DNA of 64,000 bases from Balanoglossus misakiensis. Its lineage: Eukaryota; Animalia; Hemichordata. Position numbers and translations under genes: made by a program. Below the pieces are notes generated by a model, which searched no databases, was not told where the DNA came from, and worked only from the letters and a program-made list of their open reading frames with translations. Shown piece after piece: positions 53,251 through 64,000 of this stretch. Position 1 is the stretch's first letter; each line of letters starts with the position of its first letter. The DNA lies in assembly GCA_040954595.2 (NCBI GenBank), contig CM082584.2, positions 4,344,110 to 4,408,109 on the forward strand, written 5' to 3'.

Positions 53251-53832
53251 CTACAATATATATACTCGCATTAATGCCTTGACATAGGTAATGCACATCC
53301 AGACTGACAGCAACATGTCTTTCCATAATGTGAAAACGCCATTGATAAACAGCTTTAAAAATAACGTGCGTGTCTGACCATAGAGTAACACATTACTGAC
53401 GTACCGGCGTTCGATAGGCCATGTCTGCCACTTGATAACGCCGTGTCTCGATTGACTCTGTTAATAAAGAAAGTAAGAATAGGGGCAACGTTGTACAAGG
53501 TATCAATCGCTGTCAAATACTGCAAGGATTTAAATACATGTACTATTTAATCAGCAAAATTTGGTTGAAATACTCATATGTTTGGTCTATGTACATTTTA
53601 CTGTGTTTTACAAAAAGATATTTTTCTACGAATGAGAACACAGATTGGATGAGGTGTGTGTTTTACAATATACACATGTTGACTGGCCATGAGGGCAACA
53701 GCATATACGTCTGAAACCCTAGGGACTGTGAGTCACCCTAACTAAATAATAACACATGTTAGCGAGGACAATATCATGATCTTTAGCCTGCTCGAGGGAT
53801 GGTGATCTCTGACCATAATATTGATGATGCCC

Positions 53833-54284
53833 CCATTTTTCTACATGTATCCCCTGTCTATCATTTGAAGTGGCTACGTATTCATCTATTTTATAGATAG
53901 TTTTCACATATGATTTAAAACTGAAGCATATTCGGCAAAACATCAGACACTTTACATTTAAAAATATAAAAGCGCCCAATCAGAAGAATGAGATTTGCAA
54001 GTTGACTACCCCCTCATCTGTATTACCAAGAATACAATACATTGCACTTAACCTTAGTATATCATGTGTAACATTATAGAACCACTCTTTCACTGAAATC
54101 CAAAACCGACTAGTATAAATACAATCCAAAAAAAGATGGCAGTAATCCTCTACAACATCTTTACAGAAAATACAAATTGGGGAGTCAATTATTCGCCATT
54201 TGTAAAGCAAACGATTTGAAGGCAAGATCTTCATTATCAGTTTGTACTGAAAATTCCAAAGCTTAATATCATTAGTTATTCCCA
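53833..54284 (-). mobile_element. Duplicate of the L1/Tx1 ORF2 3' fragment
   Basis: Same translation as 4494-4945. Confidence 0.85.
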
Positions 54285-54986
54285 TTTTTCTTATTCACCT
54301 TCCTAAATTTACATTGGCAATGCCTTGGATATATTCTGAAATTCAGTGTCTTGCAGCATTTTTATCAAGTAATATTATTTATATCCGCGCATTTTGATTA
54401 CCACCATGGCCCTTGAAATCCCGACATTTTCAGTGCATGGAATTTAGATCCACACTATATCGCAGACTTAGCAACGTCACACTTACAAAATTATGAGGTA
54501 TTTACAAAAGTTCACTCAAATTTTTTGTGTTAGGAAGGGGAAGTTACTCAGATTCCCCATGCCTGGAATTGGCTGGGGGCGGTGGTTACTCAAAATATTG
54601 GAGTTTCTTAAGAAATTCCTCCTCCCCCGGCCGTAAATAATAACAGCTCCCTAAGGAGTAGGCGATACCAGTGGAAGAGTATGTACAAAAACACAAACAA
54701 TCGATGACTTTTCAGGGGTGGTTCGTGGACGCTTAAATCCACAGATTTCTCAATCATATTCGATTCACGCAACTAATGAATATGTATCATGTTCGGTTTG
54801 AGGTCAAGTTGAATTCTGATTGCGCGTGCATGCGCGAATAAGTAGTGTTCTTTTTTCTTAGAATAAATGCCTCTTTGACGAAAAATACTGATCGACGATC
54901 AAGTGAGATTCCTTCCGAGTAGTGTGCACTAAGCAGACACACTTCAATAATTTGCTTAACATCATGAAAGTCTGATGTTTTCATCT

Positions 54987-57900
54987 TTTCGCTCAACAAG
55001 ATTTATTTGTTTTTTTTTTTTTCATTTTAGTAAAAAACACTTCTGTTCTTTGTTCCGGACAATGCTTTTCAATTGGAAACGTCGTATCACGATCGACGCT
55101 GTTATTAGAAAAGAAAACAATAGGAGCAACTTTGTACCCGGCACACCTATATTCCTTTGTGTAAATTAGCTGTTTCCATGGTGCACTTTAAAAACAAAAC
55201 AAAACAAAACAAAACAAAACAAAACAAAACAAAACATCACTCATATCTTTATTTTAAAATTTCACTCAACAAGATTTCTTTGTTTTCTCATTTTAGTAAA
55301 AACATTTCTGTTCTTTGTTCCTGACTATGCTTTTCAATTGGAAATGTCGTATCACGATCGACGCTGTTATCAGAAAAGAAAACAATAGGAGCAACTTTGT
55401 ACCCGGCCCACCTATATTCCTTTGTGTAAATTAGCTGTTTCCATGGTGCACTTTAAAAACAAAACAAAACAAAACAAAACAAAACAAAACAACACTCATA
55501 TCTTTATTTTAAAATTTCGCTTAACAAGATTTCTTTGTTTTCTCATTTTAGTAAAAACATTTCTGTTCTTTGTTCCTGACTATGCTTTTCAATTGGAAAC
55601 GTCGTATCACGATCGACGCTGTTATCAGAAAAGAAAACAATAGGAGCAACTTTGTACCCGGCACACCTATATTCCTTTGTGTAAATTAGCTGTTTCCATG
55701 GTGCACTTTAAAAACAAAACAAAACAAAACAAAACATCACTCATATCTTTATTTTAAAATTTCGCTCAACAAGATTTCTTTGTTTTCTCATTTTAGTAAA
55801 AACATTTCTGTTCTTTGTTCCTGACTATGCTTTTCAATTGGAAACGTCGTATCACGATCGACGCTGTTATCAGAAAAGAAAACAATAGGAGCAACTTTGT
55901 ACCCGGCACACCTATATTCCTTTGTGTAAATTAGCTGTTTCCATGGTGCACTTTAAAAACAGAACACACCATTGGTTCGAAATATAGTTATACACATTAT
56001 ATCACAATTTGGGATGCAAAATGAAAAAAAAAATATGAGAGTTCATCATTTTGATTTGTTATTCCATAAATTTGAACACTATCAATCTTTATATATCGCC
56101 GTACCGTGTGCAGCGTCAATTTCTCATGTACATTGTATATTGTTACAACGTTGGCGACTGTTGTGTTTGAAGACGTCAATTTGTCTTTAACGTTACCATT
56201 TGAGAAAAATCCGACAGGGCAGTAAAATTCCATGACAAAATTTCAAAAACGGGTATACCCGTAATGAACCCCTTGGTTTGAAAAACGATTGATTTCCCAT
56301 TTTTCTTATGTACCTTCATAATGCTATAGTCAACATTGGCAATGCCTTGGATATCTTCTGAAATTCAGTGTCTTGCAGCATTTTTATCCAGTAATATAAT
56401 TTATATCGGCGCATTTTGATTACCACCCGAAATCCCATCGTCCGCTCACACGGGTTGTTGCAAGACATTGGCGGGCGAAGATGTTTCACGTTTCCGAATT
56501 GATAAAATAAATTTAAACTTGGACTCTGTCTCGGTTGTTGCATTGTCTTCGTTCACGTTTTTGTCATGAAAAGCGATCATAAATTACTAAACTGTTGAAA
56601 AATGCGCAGCAAACTAGACTGGGACTTATAAAACTTACCTGCAGTATGTCGACGTCGTCTTAGTACAAGTCAAATGAGACTTTGTTAACAATAGCACACG
56701 TTTTATGTACTAGTATCAGTGAGCAATAAATTATCTACGAACAATATGTATATTAATTATTATGTCACATACCCGATTGGTTACTCCGAAGGATCAACCA
56801 TTTTATGTAGGGTATCCAAGATCGTTTTTATAGCCCTTTATTAGGAGGAAGTTGATGTAATTATATGTAAGTTTTTGTGGAGTTGACATTTAGAAAAGAG
56901 TTGTAAGTACAGGTTTTGAATTTCACCTGATATAAGATTAAATCAATTAAACGTGAAAGGTTAGTAATACTATAGACTAAAATCCAGCTAAATTTGAAAA
57001 CTTGCCATCCGTTGGTCCGGATTGGGGGTTGTCGTATTCAAATTAAGGCAGTCGATTCCATGGCTACATGTACAAACAAATTAAACAGAAATTCCATGGA
57101 AACCATGTACACTACGTGCCTACAGATTGTACGCCAAGGTTTTAAATGACTGGTGCCAGGCTAGTAACAATATGGATGTAAACAAAAACGAGGCAGTATG
57201 TGAAGTCAGTTTTATTTAGACCGTTAAATTAGACCGGGTCGCGTTTCACAGCTTAGACACCATGTCATATGCCTTGCTCCATGTTAATCAAACAAGTAAT
57301 AAAAAAATCGGGCGCAAAGGCCAAGTAGCCGACAAAATATGCAAATGATATGAAAGCTTCTATGATGATGATGGGGTGGGGGGGGGGCTAGTGGGAGTTG
57401 GAGTGGGAACTGCACGGGGCCCTGCCTGTTTGTAGTTAGTTGCAAAGTTACATTTCTGTTCTTTGTTCCTGACTATGCTTTTCAATTGGAAACGTCGTAT
57501 CACGATCGACGCTGTTATCAGAAAAGAAAACAATAGGAGCAACTTTGTACCCGGCACACCTATATTCCTTTGTGTAAATTAGCTGTTTCCATGGTGCACT
57601 TTAAAAACAAAACAAAACAAAACAAAACAAAACAAAACATCACTCATATCTTTATTTTAAAATTTCGCTCAACAAGATTTCTTTGTTTTCTCATTTTAGT
57701 AAAAACATATCTGTTCTTTATTCCTGACTATGCTTTTCAATTGGCAATGTCGCATCACGATCGACGCTGTTATCAGAAAAGAAAACAAAAGGAGCAACTT
57801 TGTACCCGGCACACCTATATTCCTTTGTGTAAATTAGCTGTTTCCATGGTGCACTTTAAAAACAAAACAAAACAAAACAAAACAAAACATCACTCATATC

Positions 57901-60900
57901 TTTATTTTAAAATTTCGCTCAACAAGATTTCTTTGTTTTCTCATTTTAGTAAAAACACTTCTGTTCTTTGTTCCTGACTATGCTTTTCAATTGGAAACGT
58001 CGTATCACGATCGACGCTGTTATCAGAAAAGAAAACAATAGGAGCAACTTTGTACCCGGCACACCTATATTCCTTTGTGTAAATTAGCTGTTTCCATGGT
58101 GCACTTTAAAAACAAAACAAAACAAAACATCACTCATATCTTTATTTTAAAATTTCGCTCAACAAGATTTCTTTGTTTTCTCATTTTAGTAAAAACATTT
58201 CTGTTCTTTGTTCCTGACTATGCTTTTCAATTGGAAATGTCGCATCACGATCGACGCTGTTATCAGAAAAGAAAACAATAGGAGCAACTTTGTACCCGGC
58301 ACACCTACATTCCTTTGTGTAAATTAGCTGTTTCCATGGTGCACTTTAAAAACAAAACAAAACAAAACAAAACAAAACAAAACATCACTCATATCTTTAT
58401 TTTAAAATTTCGCTCAACAAGTTTTCTTTGTTTTCTCATTTTAGTAAAAACACTTCTGTTCTTTGTTCCTGACTATGCTTTTCAATTGGAAACGTCGTAT
58501 CACGATCGACGCTGTTATCAGAAAAGAAAACAATAGGAGCAACTTTGTACCCGGCACACCTATATTCCTTTGTGTAAATTAGCTGTTTCCATGGTGCACT
58601 TTAAAAACAAAACAAAACAAAACAAAACAAAACAAAACATCACTCATATCTTTATTTTAAAATTTCGCTCAACAAGATTTCTTTGTTTTCTCATTTTAGT
58701 AAAAACATTTCTGTTCTTTGTTCCTGACTATGCTTTTCAATTGGAAATGTCGCATCACGATCGACGCTGTTATCAGAAAAGAAAACAATAGGAGCAACTT
58801 TGTACCCGGCACACCGATATTCCTTTGTGTAAATTAGCTGTTTCCATGGTGCACTTTAAAAACAAAACAAAACAAAACAAAACAAAACAAAACATCACTC
58901 ATATCTTTATTTTAAAATTTCGCTCAACAAGATTTCTTTGTTTTCTCATTTTAGTAAAAACACTTCTGTTCTTTGTTCCTGACTATGCTTTTCAATTGGA
59001 AACGTCGTATCACGATCGACGCTGTTATCAGAAAAGAAAACAATAGGAGCAACTTTGTACCCGGCACACCTATATTCCTTTGTGTAAATTAGCTGTTTCC
59101 ATGGTGCACTTTAAAAACAAAACAAAACAAAACAAAACAAAACAAAACATCACTCATATCTTTATTTTAAAATTTCACTCAACAAGATTTCTTTGTTTTC
59201 TCATTTTAGTAAAAACATTTCTGTTCTTTGTTCCTGACTATGCTTTTCAATTGGAAACGTCGTATCACGATCGACGCTGTTATCAGAAAAGAAAACAATA
59301 GGAGCAACTTTGTACCTGGTACACCTCTATTCCTTTGTGTAAATTAGCTGTTACCACGGTGCACTTTAAAAACAAAACAAAACAAAACAAAACAAAACAA
59401 AACAAAACATCACTCATATCTTTATTTTAAAATTTCACTCAACAAGATTTCTTTGTTTTCTCATTTTAGTAAAAACATTTCTGTTCTTTGTTCCTGACTA
59501 TGCTTTTCAATTGGAAACGTCGTATCACGATCGACGCTGTTATCAGAAAAGAAAACAATAGGAGCAACTTTGTACCAGGCACACCTATATTCCTTTGTGT
59601 AAATTAGCTGTTTCCATTGTGCACTTTAAAAACAAAACAAAACAAAACAAAACAAAACAAAACAAAACATCACTCATATCTTTATTTTAAAATTTCGCTC
59701 AACAAGATTTCTTTGTTTTCTCATTTTAGTAAAAACATTTCTGTTCTTTGTTCCTGACTATGCTTTTCAATTGGAAACGTCGTATCACGATCGACGCTGT
59801 TATCAGAAAAGAAAACAATAGGAGCAACTTTGTACCCGGCACACCTATATTCCTTTGTGTAAATTAGCTGTTTCCATGGTGCACTTTAAAAACAAAACAA
59901 AACAAAACAAAACAAAACAAAACAAAACAAAACATCACTCATATCTTTATTTTAAAATTTCACTCAACAAGATTTCTTTGTTTCCCATTTTAGTAAAAAC
60001 ACTTCTGTTCTTTGTTCCTGACTATGCTTTTCAATTGGAAACGTCGTATCACGATCGACGCTGTTATCAGAAAAGAAAACAATAGGAGCAACTTTGTACC
60101 CGGCACACCTATATTCCTTTGTATAAATTAGCTGTTTCCATGGTGCACTTTAAAAACAAAACAAAACAAAACAAAACAAAACAAAACAAAACATCACTCA
60201 TATCTTTATTTTAAAATTTCACTCAACAAGATTTCTTTGTTTCCCATTTTAGTAAAAACACTTCTGTTCTTTTTTCCGGACAATGCTTTTCAATTGGAAA
60301 CGTCGTATCACGATCGACGCTGTTATCAGAAAAGAAAACAATAGGAGCAACTTTGTACCCGGTACACCTATATTCCTTTGTGTAAATTAGCTGTTTCCAT
60401 GGTGCACTTTAAAAACAAAACAAAACAAAACAAAACAAAACAAAACATCACTCATATCTTTATTTTAAAATTTCACTCAACAAGATTTCTTTGTTTCCCA
60501 TTTTAGTAAAAACACTTCTGCTCTTTTTTCCGGACAATGCTTTTCAATTGGAAACGTCGTATCACGATCGACGCTGTTATCAGAAAAGAAAACAATAGGA
60601 GCAACTTTGTACCCGGCACACCTATATTCCTTTGTGTAAATTAGCTGTTTCCATGGTGCACTTTAAAAACAAAACAAAACAAAACAAAACATCACTCATA
60701 TCTTTATTTTAAAATTTCACTCAACAAGATTTCTTTGTTTCCCATTTTAGTAAAAACACTTCTGTTCTTTGTTCCTGACTATGCTTTTCAATTGGAAACG
60801 TCGTATCACGATCGACGCTGTTATCAGAAAAGAAAACAATAGGAGCAACTTTGTACCCGGCACACCTATATTCCTTTGTATAAATTAGCTGTTTCCATGG

Positions 60901-63900
60901 TGCACTTTAAAAACAAAACAAAACAAAACAAAACAAAACAAAACAAAACATCACTCATATCTTTATTTTAAAATTTCACTCAACAAGATTTCTTTGTTTC
61001 CCATTTTAGTAAAAACACTTCTGTTCTTTTTTCCGGACAATGCTTTTCAATTGGAAACGTCGTATCACGATCGACGCTGTTATCAGAAAAGAAAACAATA
61101 GGAGCAACTTTGTACCCGGTACACCTATATTCCTTTGTGTAAATTAGCTGTTTCCATGGTGCACTTTAAAAACAAAACAAAACAAAACAAAACAAAACAA
61201 AACATCACTCATATCTTTATTTTAAAATTTCACTCAACAAGATTTCTTTGTTTCCCATTTTAGTAAAAACACTTCTGCTCTTTTTTCCGGACAATGCTTT
61301 TCAATTGGAAACGTCGTATCACGATCGACGCTGTTATCAGAAAAGAAAACAATAGGAGCAACTTTGTACCCGGCACACCTATATTCCTTTGTGTAAATTA
61401 GCTGTTTCCATGGTGCACTTTAAAAACAAAACAAAACAAAACAAAACATCACTCATATCTTTATTTTAAAATTTCGCTCAACAAGATTTCTTTGTTTTCT
61501 CATTTTAGTAAAAACACTTCTGTTCTTTGTTCCTGACTATGCTTTTCAATTGGAAACGTCGTATCACGATCGACGCTGTTATCAGAAAAGAAAACAATAG
61601 GAGCAACTTTGTACCCGGCACACCTATATTCCTTTGTGTAAATTAGCTGTTTCCATGGTGCACTTTAAAAACAAAACAAAACAAAACATCACTCATATCT
61701 TTATTTTAAAATTTCGCTCAACAAGATTTCTTTGTTTTCTCATTTTAGTAAAAACATTTCTGTTCTTTGTTCCTGACTATGCTTTTCAATTGGAAATGTC
61801 GCATCACGATCGACGCTGTTATCAGAAAAGAAAACAATAGGAGCAACTTTGTACCCGGCACACCTACATTCCTTTGTGTAAATTAGCTGTTTCCATGGTG
61901 CACTTTAAAAACAAAACAAAACAAAACAAAACAAAACAAAACATCACTCATATCTTTATTTTAAAATTTCGCTCAACAAGTTTTCTTTGTTTTCTCATTT
62001 TAGTAAAAACACTTCTGTTCTTTGTTCCTGACTATGCTTTTCAATTGGAAACGTCGTATCACGATCGACGCTGTTATCAGAAAAGAAAACAATAGGAGCA
62101 ACTTTGTACCCGGCACACCTATATTCCTTTGTGTAAATTAGCTGTTTCCATGGTGCACTTTAAAAACAAAACAAAACAAAACAAAACAAAACATCACTCA
62201 TATCTTTATTTTAAAATTTCGCTCAACAAGATTTCTTTGTTTTCTCATTTTAGTAAAAACATTTCTGTTCTTTGTTCCTGACTATGCTTTTCAATTGGAA
62301 ATGTCGCATCACGATCGACGCTGTTATCAGAAAAGAAAACAATAGGAGCAACTTTGTACCCGGCACACCGATATTCCTTTGTGTAAATTAGCTGTTTCCA
62401 TGGTGCACTTTAAAAACAAAACAAAACAAAACAAAACAAAACATCACTCATATCTTTATTTTAAAATTTCGCTCAACAAGATTTCTTTGTTTTCTCATTT
62501 TAGTAAACACATTTCTGTTCTTTGTTCCTGACTATGCTTTTCAATTGGAAACGTCGCATCACGATCGACGCTGTTATCAGAAAAGAAAACAATAGGAGCA
62601 ACTTTGTACCCGGCACACCGATATTCCTTTGTGTAAATTAGCTGTTTCCATGGTGCACTTTAAAAACAAAACAAAACAAAACAAAACAAAACAAAACATC
62701 ACTCATATCTTTATTTTAAAATTTCGCTCAACAAGTTTTCTTTGTTTTCTCATTTTAGTAAAAACACTTCTGTTCTTTGTTCCTGACTATGCTTTTCAAT
62801 TGGAAACGTCGTATCACGATCGACGCTGTTATCAGAAAAGAAAACAATAGGAGCAACTTTGTACCCGGCACACCGATATTCCTTTGTGTAAATTAGCTGT
62901 TTCCATGGTGCACTTTAAAAACAAAACAAAACAAAACAAAACAAAACAAAACATCACTCATATCTTTATTTTAAAATTTCGCTCAACAAGATTTCTTTGT
63001 TTTCTCATTTTAGTAAAAACATTTCTGTTCTTTGTTCCTGACTATGCTTTTCAATTGGAAATGTCGCATCACGATCGACGCTGTTATCAGAAAAGAAAAC
63101 AATAGGAGCAACTTTGTACCCGGCACACCGATATTCCTTTGTGTAAATTAGCTGTTTCCATGGTGCACTTTAAAAACAAAACAAAACAAAACAAAACAAA
63201 ACAAAACATCACTCATATCTTTATTTTAAAATTTCGCTCAACAAGATTTCTTTGTTTTCTCATTTTAGTAAAAACACTTCTCTTCTTTGTTCCTGACTAT
63301 GCTTTTCAATTGGAAACGTCGTATCACGATCGACGCTGTTATCAGAAAAGAAAACAATAGGAGCAACTTTGTACCCGGCACACCTATATTCCTTTGTGTA
63401 AATTAGCTGTTTCCATGGTGCACTTTAAAAACAAAACAAAACAAAACAAAACAAAACAAAACATCACTCATATCTTTATTTTAAAATTTCACTCAACAAG
63501 ATTTCTTTGTTTTCTCATTTTAGTAAAAACATTTCTGTTCTTTGTTCCTGACTATGCTTTTCAATTGGAAACGTCGTATCACGATCGACGCTGTTATCAG
63601 AAAAGAAAACAATAGGAGCAACTTTGTACCTGGTACACCTCTATTCCTTTGTGTAAATTAGCTGTTACCACGGTGCACTTTAAAAACAAAACAAAACAAA
63701 ACAAAACAAAACAAAACAAAACATCACTCATATCTTTATTTTAAAATTTCACTCAACAAGATTTCTTTGTTTCCCATTTTAGTAAAAACACTTCTGTTCT
63801 TTGTTCCTGACTATGCTTTTCAATTGGAAACGTCGTATCACGATCGACGCTGTTATCAGAAAAGAAAACAATAGGAGCAACTTTGTACCCGGCACACCTA

Positions 63901-64000
63901 TATTCCTTTGTATAAATTAGCTGTTTCCATGGTGCACTTTAAAAACAAAACAAAACAAAACAAAACAAAACAAAACAAAACATCACTCATATCTTTATTT
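54987..64000. repeat. Satellite array 2 (same monomer), with one 1.5-kb block at 55962-57452; runs off window end
   Basis: Tandem monomers with the same diagnostic variants as array 1. Confidence 0.97.

Larger units (their letters stand above)
49240..55960. repeat. Segmental duplication of the window start (1 to ~6.6 kb), offset ~49.24-49.35 kb
   Basis: Paired ORFs 2842/52091, 3147/52396, 4380/53719, 4641/53980 and 6068/55422. Confidence 0.95.

Noticed and set aside
6068-63615. Many 60-135 aa ORFs (MCKLAVSMVHF..., MVRNIVIH..., MEFYCPVG..., MQQPRQSP..., MPGTKLLL...)
   Set aside because: They recur only because the DNA is tandemly repeated; frames change with AAAAC or poly-G length and many use non-ATG starts.

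Overview
AT-rich, repeat-dominated animal (invertebrate-type) genomic DNA with spliceosomal introns, not prokaryotic. About 75% of the window is nested tandem repeats: a ~1.5-kb unit array (1-2.8 kb and 47.1-52.1 kb), a ~240-265-bp satellite with a variable (AAAAC)n tract (5.6-9.4 kb and 55-64 kb), and a composite array of 12 copies of a ~1.5-kb block interleaved with satellite monomers (9.4-32.6 kb). The window start recurs ~49.3 kb downstream as a segmental duplication. The unique core (32.6-47 kb) holds two minus-strand genes: a damaged ST6Gal-type sialyltransferase (GT29), and an apparently intact multi-exon ADP-ribosyltransferase related to the NEURL4 C-terminal domain (H-Y-E motif residues). 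It also holds several MITEs. Two observations stand out. First, all tandem families, including the satellite, appear to be collinear diverged copies of one decayed plus-strand coding sequence with LRR-like motifs. Second, every block-to-satellite junction falls at the loop of a hairpin next to a G-rich tract. Most ORFs in the supplied track are repeat artefacts. All alignments were done by eye, without database searches.
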